Below are positions 38,809 through 47,697 of a stretch of 64,000 bases of DNA, one piece after another; positions within the stretch are counted from its first letter, which is position 1; the number at the start of each line of letters is the position of its first letter. The notes beneath the pieces are model-generated. The model saw only the letters and a program-made list of their open reading frames with translations. It did not search any database and had not been told where the DNA came from. Position numbers and translations under genes: made by a program. Source of the DNA: Flavitalea sp. (GTDB lineage Bacteria; Bacteroidota; Bacteroidia; Chitinophagales; Chitinophagaceae); NCBI GenBank assembly GCA_035525775.1, contig DATLDR010000243.1, positions 1,587 through 65,586 on the forward strand, given 5' to 3'.

Positions 38809-40206
38809 CTAAAAGGTTGTTTCATAAGCGCCAATATCAGGAATATTTACCCTGTTATCTCCATTAAGATCCGTTGAAATACCCGCATTAAGGCCGGCAT
38901 TTATGGCTGTAGAACCTTCTTTTAGTGTAAAATCATAATTGTTTTCCCTCGTGTCCGTTCTTTGAAATGACGGATCCTGGTTTTCAACCATACCCGACAT
39001 TGAAACACCCGCTGGCTGGTCTTTTACCTTCCACAAACAATTTTTAAAATCAACTTCGAAAACTCCCTGCCCTTCACGTACTGTAACTACTTCGTTTTCC
39101 ACCGTTCCGTTTGCTCCCCAGAAAATACAATTTATAAAGGATGCTTTAGTATCTGCCACTGTAATTACATTGCCATTCTTTAAGAAATCTGTTACAACGA
39201 GAACCGGCTGACGATGTGAGATGAATGAATTGGATATCGCTACATCTGTGCATTGTTTAAAATCATATGTTCCCCCTTGCACAAGCAGGATGTTTTTTCC
39301 GCAATTGCTGACGAGGCAATTTACGGCAGTGATACTGCTGTTCACACCCAATATTCCTGCATCGAAGCAATTGTCAATAATACACTCTTCGAGTGTAACC
39401 TTAAATCCGGGAATAGAAGAAGGCTTTTCACTGATCAGTCCCTGGTATGCATTCTTGACTACAACATGTTTCAAAAAGTTATCTGTGCTTGTTTCCCTGA
39501 AATAAATACCTGGCCACGAAGCAGGCAGGTCCCGGTAATAGTCATCTATTCTGTCACCCCGTAGAACGATCTTAGTACTGTCATATTTATCACCGGTTGC
39601 ATCCAGGGTGCCATCTACTATAAAAGGCGCGTCTGCATGAAAATAAAGTTTTGTTCCCTCCTGAATGGTCAACTTTGCACCATAAGCGATGAGTAAACCA
39701 CCGAGTATTACAAACGGTTTATCGTTTGCCCAGGTTGTGTCGGCTGTGATAACTTTTGAATTCATGAAGTTTGCATTTTGTCCCCATGCCTGCAGTTGCA
39801 CCCACTTTCTTACTCCGTTATAAGTTATACCGATGCTGTCCTGTACAATGAATGGAAGATTATCTGTGCCGGGGTCAACCCTTACTGTTACAAAAACATA
39901 TAAGCTGTCATTTGGTTCAATCTCAAGGCCGGTTACAGATGGGCCTTCAGCTCCATCAGTATTTATTTTAAAGAATGAATTGCTTCCACCACTTAAAGTA
40001 ATGTCAGCAATTCTCAGCTTGCGGTCATTCTCATTAAATACTTTGAAGAAATGTGTAACTGAACCAGTACTGGTGAAAAGAGTATCAAAATGTATGGTGT
40101 CGGCCGAAATATTTACAACCGCATTGCTATCACTGATAAAAGAATCTTTTCTGCAGCAAACGATTAAGCATGCAATAATAATGATCAGTACGGTAATCGG
40201 CTTCAT
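38809..40206 (-). CDS. Conserved hypothetical lipoprotein, probable right-handed beta-helix protein
   Basis: The ATG at 40206 gives MKPITVLIIIIACLIVCC, which includes a lipobox, and overlaps the comF stop codon (ATGA). The central region has repetitive beta-helix-like segments (NC..N...., ITAVNCLVSNC), and the C-terminus is DIGAYE. Confidence 0.55.
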   Translation of the reverse strand: MKPITVLIIIIACLIVCCRKDSFISDSNAVVNISADTIHFDTLFTSTGSVTHFFKVFNENDRKLRIADITLSGGSNSFFKINTDGAEGPSVTGLEIEPNDSLYVFVTVRVDPGTDNLPFIVQDSIGITYNGVRKWVQLQAWGQNANFMNSKVITADTTWANDKPFVILGGLLIAYGAKLTIQEGTKLYFHADAPFIVDGTLDATGDKYDSTKIVLRGDRIDDYYRDLPASWPGIYFRETSTDNFLKHVVVKNAYQGLISEKPSSIPGFKVTLEECIIDNCFDAGILGVNSSITAVNCLVSNCGKNILLVQGGTYDFKQCTDVAISNSFISHRQPVLVVTDFLKNGNVITVADTKASFINCIFWGANGTVENEVVTVREGQGVFEVDFKNCLWKVKDQPAGVSMSGMVENQDPSFQRTDTRENNYDFTLKEGSTAINAGLNAGISTDLNGDNRVNIPDIGAYETTF

Positions 40207-40904
40207 AGTGATGTATATGCAAATGCTGCAATGCTCAGACGCAATCCCGCGGTTTTTAAAAGTTCGGCGCCACATGCTTCAAGCGTTGCCCCGGTGGTGA
40301 TCACATCGTCTACCAGCAACACATGTTTATCGGTAAGTGCAGCCGCATTTTTTAACTCGAACTTACTATTTATGTTGTTCCAGCGTTCCATTCTTGTTTT
40401 GTGCGTCTGGCTCTCAGTGTTCTTTCGGCGAACGATTACATTGTTTAAAACAGGCACATTCATTTCATTGCTTATTCCTTTACAGATCAACTCAGCCTGA
40501 TTATATCCCCTCATTTTTTGTTTCCTGAAATGTAATGGTAACGGGATCAGCGCATAAAGATCGGTGTTCCATTCACACGTTTTTAATGTCTTACCTATCA
40601 TACTGCCCATGGCCATGCCCGATTCTTTATTTCCTCCATACTTAAGACCATGAAGCAGATGCTGAACCACTGAATCCTTTGTAAAGTACGTATGTGCAGA
40701 CGCAGTGACTACGGGCAACCTGCCGTGGAATATTTTTTCAACCGGATTACTTAGGTGCATATAAAAATCTGTAAGGGGCATATCATTGGTGCATTCCTGG
40801 CATATCAGATTTCCCGGCGATAACAGATCGCTACCGCATCCTGCACATATCTCAGGATATAGCAGGTGTACGATATTTTTAAAAAAGGTACTGGTATAAC
40901 TCAT
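40203..40904 (-). CDS. comF: ComF-family phosphoribosyltransferase-domain protein
   Basis: N-terminal zinc-finger-like CAGCGS...CQEC and a C-terminal PRTase motif (VLLVDDVITTGATLEA). The ORF-track start at 40922 is TTG, and the ATG is at 40904. Confidence 0.8.
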   Translation of the reverse strand: MSYTSTFFKNIVHLLYPEICAGCGSDLLSPGNLICQECTNDMPLTDFYMHLSNPVEKIFHGRLPVVTASAHTYFTKDSVVQHLLHGLKYGGNKESGMAMGSMIGKTLKTCEWNTDLYALIPLPLHFRKQKMRGYNQAELICKGISNEMNVPVLNNVIVRRKNTESQTHKTRMERWNNINSKFELKNAAALTDKHVLLVDDVITTGATLEACGAELLKTAGLRLSIAAFAYTSL

Positions 40905-42270
40905 CCACCCTTGACATTTCAATCACCTCTATTCGAAATTGTTTAGTATTCAGTTTTGATTCTCCTTTCCTTCCACCACCAAGATTATATTTCGATACAA
41001 TGATCTTTTCGAATCCAAGCTTTTCGGCTTCGGCTATACGCTGCTCAATCCTGTTCACCGCACGGATCTCTCCGCTTAAACCTACTTCCCCTGCAAAACA
41101 GATGTGATGTGGTACCGCTACATCTTCAAAAGAACTGAGCAATGCGGACAAAACGGCAAGATCTGTTGAAGGATCTTCAACTTTCAATCCGCCTGCAATA
41201 TTCAGAAACACATCCTTTACACCAAAATGAAATCCGCCACGCTTTTCCAGTACAGCAAGCAACAACTGCAAACGCCTGAGATCAAACCCTGATACGGTTC
41301 TTTGTGGTGTGCCATACACTGATTGTGTCACCAGTGCCTGCACTTCAATCAATAACGGTCGCATGCCTTCCATGGTAGCGGCGATAGCAATGCCACTCAG
41401 CTGATCTTCTTTTTGTGTGATGAGCAATTCACTGGGATTGGTTACACCACGCATCCCGTCACCTGTCATTTCATATATACCCAATTCGGATGAACTGCCG
41501 AATCGGTTCTTAATTGTTCTTAATATCCTGTATGTATAATGCCTGTCGCCTTCAAATTGTAAAACAGTATCAACCATGTGCTCGAGGATCTTTGGTCCTG
41601 CTACTGTTCCATCTTTCGTGATGTGACCTATTACGAAGACAGGAATATTTGATTCTTTAGCAAAACGCTGAAGTTCAGCAGCACACTCTCTGATCTGGGA
41701 AATGCTTCCTGGTGACGAATCAATATAGTTTGACTGAAGTGTCTGGATAGAATCTATGATGACAACGCCTGGCTTAACTTTTTTTATTTCTTTAAAGATT
41801 ACCTGCGTTGATGTTTCCGTGAGCAGAAAAAAATCAGAATGCCTGATGTTTAATCTGTCTGCCCTCATCTTGATCTGCTGTTCGCTTTCTTCACCACTTA
41901 CATAAAGAACACGAACACCTTTTAAAAGCAATCCGGTCTGTAAAAATAAAGTTGATTTGCCGATGCCTGGTTCACCTGCTACAAGAACAATGCTTCCGGG
42001 AACTATGCCTCCACCAAGCACACGGTTAAGTTCGGCATCACTTGTTAGCATTCTTTCCTGCTCAAGATTATTTATCTGGTCGAGTGCAATTATTTTACTT
42101 TCACGTTTTACGTCGCCGGGATCTTTCCATCCGTTCTCTTTAGTTGATTCTTTATGAATCACTTCTTCAATAAAGCTGTTCCATGTTCCGCATGATGGAC
42201 ACTTGCCGGTCCATTTTGCACTTTCAAATCCACAGTTAGAACAAAAAAAAGCTGTTTTAACTTTACTCAT
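40879..42270 (-). CDS. radA: DNA repair protein RadA
   Basis: Zinc finger (CSNCGFESAKWTGKCPSCGTWN), Walker A (GEPGIGKST), a KNRFG motif and a Lon-like C-terminal domain. Confidence 0.97.
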   Translation of the reverse strand: MSKVKTAFFCSNCGFESAKWTGKCPSCGTWNSFIEEVIHKESTKENGWKDPGDVKRESKIIALDQINNLEQERMLTSDAELNRVLGGGIVPGSIVLVAGEPGIGKSTLFLQTGLLLKGVRVLYVSGEESEQQIKMRADRLNIRHSDFFLLTETSTQVIFKEIKKVKPGVVIIDSIQTLQSNYIDSSPGSISQIRECAAELQRFAKESNIPVFVIGHITKDGTVAGPKILEHMVDTVLQFEGDRHYTYRILRTIKNRFGSSSELGIYEMTGDGMRGVTNPSELLITQKEDQLSGIAIAATMEGMRPLLIEVQALVTQSVYGTPQRTVSGFDLRRLQLLLAVLEKRGGFHFGVKDVFLNIAGGLKVEDPSTDLAVLSALLSSFEDVAVPHHICFAGEVGLSGEIRAVNRIEQRIAEAEKLGFEKIIVSKYNLGGGRKGESKLNTKQFRIEVIEMSRVDELYQYLF

Positions 42271-42340
42271 GGCGTGAAGTTAACGGATGAATGATTTGAA
42301 TGCAGCAGTAAAAAAACGGTAGGAAAAAAGAAGAATGACT

Positions 42341-42373
42341 AAAAAGTAAAAGGGTCAACATTGCTGCTGACCC
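42341..42373 (-). terminator. Strong intrinsic terminator with no annotated upstream gene (orphan)
   Basis: Minus-strand RNA: GGGUCAGCA-GCAA-UGUUGACCC, a 9-bp stem with one G.U pair and a GNRA tetraloop, followed by UUUUACUUUUU. On the plus strand the G.U becomes an A/C mismatch and no T-tract follows. Confidence 0.6.
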
Positions 42374-42698
42374 CTTACTTACTAACCCATTAAATTCTTG
42401 CACTAAATTACAAATAAGCGCCACATAACAAAATAAATTTTTGATGCTGTGAATAATTTAAAATCCCTGCACCACTAAAACCATATAATATTATTTAGCT
42501 TATAATATGTTAAAAATCAATTAAATACAGTAATACCTCTTAAATATCAATCATTGTGATAAATTGTCAGCCTTTGTTTTTCATCATGTTATCAAATGAC
42601 AAAAAGGCTAATAATTAAACTGTTTTTTTATCTTTTTGTCGGTTGGAAAAAATGGATTTTTATTTGATGATAGTGCTATAACTAAAAAGAAAATTGTA

Positions 42699-43388
42699 AT
42701 GACACCATCTGTAATGTTGATCTCTTTATTGTTTTTAGGCATCAGTCTGCTGGTTTCGGGTATCCTTAAAAGCAAGTTTAGAAATTACGGCAAAATTGCT
42801 GCCTCATCCGGGCTTACTGGCGCCGAAATTGCCGCTAAAATGTTGCGCGACAACATGATATACGATGTAAAAATAACGTCTGTGAATGGGTTCATGTCCG
42901 ACCACTATAATCCTGCAAATAAAACTATTAACTTAAGTCCTGAAGTTTATAACAGCAACTCGATCGCTGCAGCCGCAGTGGCGGCTCATGAAACTGGTCA
43001 TGCTGTTCAACATGCCACTGCTTATCAATGGCTTATGTTAAGGAGCAAATTGGTTCCGGCGGTACAGTTCAGTGCGGGAATTGTTCAATGGATCCTTCTT
43101 GGGGGTATTTTAATGATAAATAGTTTCCCTCAGCTTCTGCTGGGCGGTATCATACTTTTTGCCATCACTACCTTGTTTTCTTTGATCACGCTTCCTGTGG
43201 AAATAGACGCCAGCCGAAGGGCGCTCGCATGGCTAGATACTTCCAGAGTAGCTTCCGCAGCTGAATATCCCAAAGCTAAAGATGCATTGAAATGGGCAGC
43301 GATGACTTATGTAGTGGCAGCGCTGGCTTCAGTGGCAACGCTTGTTCAATATATAATGATATTTATGGGGGGCTCGAGGAGAAATTAA
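42699..43388 (+). CDS. Zinc metallopeptidase (YugP / Zn-peptidase-2-like membrane protein)
   Basis: HETGHAVQH zinc motif, with an N-terminal TM helix and C-terminal TM helices. The ORF-track start at 42636 is TTG, and the first ATG at 42699 gives MTPSVMLISLLFLG. Confidence 0.85.
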   Translation: MTPSVMLISLLFLGISLLVSGILKSKFRNYGKIAASSGLTGAEIAAKMLRDNMIYDVKITSVNGFMSDHYNPANKTINLSPEVYNSNSIAAAAVAAHETGHAVQHATAYQWLMLRSKLVPAVQFSAGIVQWILLGGILMINSFPQLLLGGIILFAITTLFSLITLPVEIDASRRALAWLDTSRVASAAEYPKAKDALKWAAMTYVVAALASVATLVQYIMIFMGGSRRN

Positions 43389-44938
43389 AGCTTGATCTCG
43401 TCATCATGCTTGTCAAAAAACTGGTATTGGGTAAGATGGTAAGCGGTATTTTCCTTGATCCTTATCTTCTGCCCATATTTCCATTTCCATTTCCACACCT
43501 TGGACCGGAACATTCCACCTTTAGTAAAATATGAAAATAAAATAGGATGAACCACGAGGGTAAGATCTTTGTGCTGGTGTGTAACGAGGTAACTTAAGTT
43601 TTTCTCTATTTCATCTTCAAGGAGCAGAGTAGAAGATATTTTTCCGGTGCCGTTGCAGGTTGGACATACTTCCTGCGTGTTGATATTCATTTCGGGCTTC
43701 ATGCGCTGCCGGGTGATCTGCATGAGTCCGAATTTTGAAATGGGCAGCACAGCATGTTTTGCCCGGTCGGGACGCATATATTCTTCCATTGCTTCCATCA
43801 GCCTGCGCTTATTGTCAGGAAGTTTCATGTCGATGAAATCAACAACAATAATTCCTCCCAGATCTCTCAAACGGAGCTGTCTGGATATTTCGGCAGCCGC
43901 TTCAAGATTTGTTTCAAGCGCATTCTGCTCCTGGTTATTACTAACACTTTTGTAGCCGCTGTTCACATCGATCACATGTAACGCCTCAGTGTGCTCAATG
44001 ATAAGATAGGCGCCACTTGGCAGGTTCACTGTTTTTCCAAAAGCAGCTTTCACCTGCTTGGTAATACCAAACTGGTCGAAAATTGGAAGGCCGTTATGAT
44101 AATAAGAAATGATATCAGCTTTCTCCGGAGCTATTTTTTGAATGTAAGTTCGCGTGTCGGTGAACAGATTTTTATCATTTACAACGATCTTGTTGAAATC
44201 TTCATTAAGAAGATCGCGAAGCATGCTGGTTGTTTTCGTTTGTTCACTTAGTACTTTAGCGGGAGGCACAGCACCCCTGAGATTTTTCTGAATGATCTTC
44301 CATGTTTCTTCAAGGGCACAAAGGTCTTCGTGCAGTTCGGCCGTGTTTTTTCCCTCGGCAGCTGTTCTCACGATCACACCAAAATTTTTCGGCTTGATTG
44401 ATTCAACAATTTTCTGAAGTCTTTTTCTTTCTTCTGCAGAATGGATCTTACGTGAAACGGCAACGATATCATTGAAGGGAGTAATCACAACAAAGCGGCC
44501 CGGCAATGAAATTTCACAGCTCAGGCGAGGTCCCTTTGCTGCTATTGGTTCTTTAAGAATCTGGACCAGGATATTCGGTTTGCCACTTAATACTTCATTG
44601 ATCTTACCGGTTTTGATGATCTCAGGTTCCACATCAAATGATGCGAAATCATAACCACCAGGGCTATTATCGATTACTGCAAGCTGTGTGAATTTAAGGA
44701 GCGATCGTGCGTAAGGGCTCAGGTCTGTATAATGGAGAAATGCATCTTTTTCAAACCCTACATCTACAAAAGCGGCATTCAGACCGGGGATAAGTTTTTT
44801 TACTTTTCCCAGATACAGGTCGCCTACGGCGAAGCTTGCATCGGTTTTTTCGTGATGCAGTTCTACCAGCTTTTTATCCTCTAACAGGGCGATCTCAACG
44901 CCCAGGGGAGCAGCATTTATGATTAATTCCTTATTCAA
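43385..44938 (-). CDS. rng: Rne/Rng-family ribonuclease (RNase G-like)
   Basis: 517 aa with an S1 domain (GDLYLGKVKKLIPGLNAAFVDVG), a catalytic core (VIDVNSG, GGIIVVDFIDM) and a zinc-link CPTCNGTG. The only available start is TTG at 44938, because an in-frame TGA lies 9 nt upstream. Confidence 0.9.
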   Translation of the reverse strand: MNKELIINAAPLGVEIALLEDKKLVELHHEKTDASFAVGDLYLGKVKKLIPGLNAAFVDVGFEKDAFLHYTDLSPYARSLLKFTQLAVIDNSPGGYDFASFDVEPEIIKTGKINEVLSGKPNILVQILKEPIAAKGPRLSCEISLPGRFVVITPFNDIVAVSRKIHSAEERKRLQKIVESIKPKNFGVIVRTAAEGKNTAELHEDLCALEETWKIIQKNLRGAVPPAKVLSEQTKTTSMLRDLLNEDFNKIVVNDKNLFTDTRTYIQKIAPEKADIISYYHNGLPIFDQFGITKQVKAAFGKTVNLPSGAYLIIEHTEALHVIDVNSGYKSVSNNQEQNALETNLEAAAEISRQLRLRDLGGIIVVDFIDMKLPDNKRRLMEAMEEYMRPDRAKHAVLPISKFGLMQITRQRMKPEMNINTQEVCPTCNGTGKISSTLLLEDEIEKNLSYLVTHQHKDLTLVVHPILFSYFTKGGMFRSKVWKWKWKYGQKIRIKENTAYHLTQYQFFDKHDDEIKL

Positions 44939-44993
44939 GCGTAATCACTTTTGCGTCTAACCATCATCACTAATGGGATATGCTGAAGAGGAA

Positions 44994-45047
44994 TTATTTG
45001 CCAGGTATCGGTAAGTCAGTAAGCAATCGGTGATAGATGGCAAATAA
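44994..45047 (-). promoter_or_regulatory. Stem-loop in the rng 5' leader
   Basis: Perfect 10-bp inverted repeat, TTATTTGCCA (44994-45003) and TGGCAAATAA (45038-45047), enclosing 34 nt. The loop contains a direct repeat, ATCGGT..ATCGGT. Confidence 0.3.
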
Positions 45048-45102
45048 TATATTCAGCGACAAGAAGGATGGGCCCGGTTATGAGCCCTGTACATTGAGAA
45101 GA

Positions 45103-45198
45103 TTAGCGGCTCTTCTTCTTATGACGGTTTTTTCTTAGTCTCTTTTTACGCTTGTGCGTCGCAATTTTATGACGCTTTCTTTTTTTACCACAAGGCAT
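45103..45198 (-). CDS. 31-aa highly basic protein, AURKAIP1/COX24-domain or bS22-like (below the ORF-track length cut-off)
   Basis: Runs from ATG at 45198 to TAA at 45103-45105 and translates to MPCGKKRKRHKIATHKRKKRLRKNRHKKKSR. It closely matches the small Arg/Lys-rich peptide conserved in Bacteroidota and resembles actinobacterial bS22. Confidence 0.7.
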   Translation of the reverse strand: MPCGKKRKRHKIATHKRKKRLRKNRHKKKSR

Positions 45199-45257
45199 AA
45201 TTCACCAATGATTTAGTTAAACAAATTTTTTTTAATTCCTTTATTAGTGTTGTATGG

Positions 45258-46094
45258 TTAATTTTTGAGTGTCTGAATCCGCTTGTCGAGTTCCTGTAAA
45301 ATTTCAGGATTTCCTATATGCGACCTCACTGATTCGTACCATTTCACTGCATTCTGTTTATCACCTTTCCTTTCATATGCTTCTGCAAGCATCAGTTTCA
45401 GCTCCACATTATCTGGCTGTTTTGATGCAACGAGGGTGAGGCGGTCAATTGCACGATCAAGTTGTCCTGACATTAATCCTCCTACACCCAGCATAAACTG
45501 GGCATACATATTGGAAGGATCGCGTTCAGCGACTTCCCTGATCATCATGACACCTTGCATGGGATTGTCGGCGATGTTACCAAATATGTAACAGCTTCCA
45601 AGACCTACTTTAAGGGAATCATCGCCCGGATCAAGTACCAAAGCTTTTTCAAATAACTGTTTCGATTCGTTTGCCATCCATTTTTTGAGACCCTCATCGT
45701 CCTGTTTGCGGGCATTCTCTAAAAAGAAACGGGCTGCAAAGGTGAGACTTTTTTCAGAATTTTCCAACTTGGCTGCTTCTCCTGTATAATAGGCATAAGG
45801 AAGGAGCAGATGAGCCGAATCACGATAAAATGAGGCGATCTGCCTGAATACTTCTGCTTTCTGCTCTCTTACATTACCCCTTACCACACTGTTTTCAAGC
45901 TGAGCGAGACGTGAACGCTGGTCGCCCGAGAGTTGTGACCGTGAAGCCTCAAGAACTTTTTGAATATTGTAGGCGGAATCTGCCAGGCTTGTAGCTGCAG
46001 TTGTTTTTTTTGGTGGAGTAGTTTTTCCCAAAAAATAAATAGCGCAAAAAAGTAAGGCTGCGCCTGCAAGTAAAAAAAGCTGCTCTTTTTTCAA
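45258..46094 (-). CDS. Tetratricopeptide-repeat protein with an N-terminal membrane anchor
   Basis: N-terminal TM helix (LFLLAGAALLFCAIYFLG) and C-terminal TPR-like repeats (..AEAYERKGDKQNAVKWYESV..). Confidence 0.65.
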   Translation of the reverse strand: MKKEQLFLLAGAALLFCAIYFLGKTTPPKKTTAATSLADSAYNIQKVLEASRSQLSGDQRSRLAQLENSVVRGNVREQKAEVFRQIASFYRDSAHLLLPYAYYTGEAAKLENSEKSLTFAARFFLENARKQDDEGLKKWMANESKQLFEKALVLDPGDDSLKVGLGSCYIFGNIADNPMQGVMMIREVAERDPSNMYAQFMLGVGGLMSGQLDRAIDRLTLVASKQPDNVELKLMLAEAYERKGDKQNAVKWYESVRSHIGNPEILQELDKRIQTLKN

Positions 46095-46115
46095 TCCTCA
46101 GGTTTAAGGCGCAAT

Positions 46116-46436
46116 TTACGCCTCATCATCGGGGTTTGGCTGATCTTCTTTTATTGATTGCAGTTTTTTAACTTCTGCAACAAATTCTTTTGCAGGTTTG
46201 AATGCAGGAATGTAGTGCTCAGGAATATGCACCGCTACGTTTTTTTTGATGTTCCTGCCAATCTTGGCTGCACGTTTTTTAGTAATGAAACTACCAAAGC
46301 CGCGGATGTAAATGTTTTCACCCTGGGCCAGAGTATCCTTTACCTCTTTGAACATGGTTTCCAGAGTAACCAGTACATCAACCTTTGGGATACCTGTTTT
46401 TTCAGATATTTGGTTAACGAGGTCTGCTTTTCTCAT
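46116..46436 (-). CDS. hup: HU-family DNA-binding protein with an acidic C-terminal tail
   Basis: The ATG at 46436 gives MRKADLVNQISEKTGIPKVDV...IRGFGSF..K.RAA..GRN...N..V.IP....P.FKP, the HU fold. The ORF-track start adds 19 unrelated residues. Confidence 0.9.
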   Translation of the reverse strand: MRKADLVNQISEKTGIPKVDVLVTLETMFKEVKDTLAQGENIYIRGFGSFITKKRAAKIGRNIKKNVAVHIPEHYIPAFKPAKEFVAEVKKLQSIKEDQPNPDDEA

Positions 46437-46575
46437 AATTTGAATTTTAACTGGGGGGTTACTTCTTTTAAAAGGCAAACTCCACAAAATCAACTCATTA
46501 ATGAAATTAAATGATATTTTTTATAAAAGCAAGAAAAGTATAAAATATTGATAATGAATTTACTTAATTTTTTAA

Positions 46576-47622
46576 ATGCAGCCTGATTTTACCCAAAAAT
46601 TACTTGAATGGAACATTTCCACTAATAACAGGGCCATGCCCTGGAAAGGAGAACCCGATCCTTACAGGATATGGCTGAGTGAAATAATTTTACAGCAAAC
46701 ACGTGTAAAGCAGGGATGGGCTTACTATGAAAGATTCTTAAAAAACTTTCCTGATGTTAATAAATTGGCAAATGCTCCTGAATCAGAAGTTTTCAAATTA
46801 TGGGAAGGACTTGGCTACTACACGAGATGCAGCAATCTTATCGCTTCTGCGAAAATTATTGCCGGGCAACATAATGGAATCTTTCCCTCTTCCTATGATG
46901 AAATAATAAAACTCAAAGGAGTTGGTCCATATACTGCAGCAGCTATTTCGTCTTTTGCTTTTAATGAGAAGAGAGCCGTTGTTGATGGAAATGTACAAAG
47001 AGTGCTTGCGAGGTATTTTGGTGTATCAACGCCTGTTGATTCTCCTGAAGGGAAAAAATTATTCAGTCATCTTGCACAGTCTTTGATCGATGAAAATTTT
47101 CCGGCAGCATATAACCAGGCGATAATGGATTTCGGGGCTACCATCTGTAAGCCTCGTAATCCGTTGTGTAAGCAGTGTGTTCAGTCGCCCGAATGTGAAG
47201 CGTTCAATAATAATTATGTGTATGATGTTCCTGTGAAACAGAAAATTCTCAAAATAAAAACGAGATGGCTGTATTATTTTATTATTGAAAGCGGCGATTG
47301 GATTTATATACGTAAACGAGAGACACGTGACATATGGCAGAATCTTCATGAGTTCGTATTGTTTGAAACTGAATCTGAGCAGGCAAACGCAGCCATTTCC
47401 TTCCTCGGTGAGCTGTTGCAACATCAATCGTATGAGGTTATTCATGAAAGTGAAATTTACAGGCAGCAGCTTACTCATCAGCGCATACATGGAAGGTTTC
47501 TGCGCATCAGGGTAAACGGAAAAATTCACCTGAATGGCAGTTATCGCCTAGTGAAGAAAATTAACATTCATGATTATGCGTTTCCCCGGTTCATCAATTC
47601 CTACCTCCAAAAGAGTTTTTAG
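46576..47622 (+). CDS. mutY: A/G-specific adenine DNA glycosylase
   Basis: HhH-GPD domain (LKGVGPYTAAAISSFAF), Fe-S cluster loop (CKPRNPLCKQCVQSPEC) and a C-terminal Nudix-like domain. Confidence 0.92.
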   Translation: MQPDFTQKLLEWNISTNNRAMPWKGEPDPYRIWLSEIILQQTRVKQGWAYYERFLKNFPDVNKLANAPESEVFKLWEGLGYYTRCSNLIASAKIIAGQHNGIFPSSYDEIIKLKGVGPYTAAAISSFAFNEKRAVVDGNVQRVLARYFGVSTPVDSPEGKKLFSHLAQSLIDENFPAAYNQAIMDFGATICKPRNPLCKQCVQSPECEAFNNNYVYDVPVKQKILKIKTRWLYYFIIESGDWIYIRKRETRDIWQNLHEFVLFETESEQANAAISFLGELLQHQSYEVIHESEIYRQQLTHQRIHGRFLRIRVNGKIHLNGSYRLVKKINIHDYAFPRFINSYLQKSF

Positions 47623-47697
47623 TACATTTCTGCGAAAAAATCTAACTTTAAAAAGGCAAAAAACCGGAGATGATTATTAACCACCAAACTTCACATT

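Noticed and set aside
47059-47529. A 156-aa ORF antisense to mutY. Similar antisense ORFs occur in asd (51815-52222), ligA (53676-54080), susC (55997-56404) and the beta-helix lipoprotein gene (39833-40300).
   Set aside because: All lie inside strongly supported genes on the opposite strand and show no family resemblance. I treat them as chance open frames.
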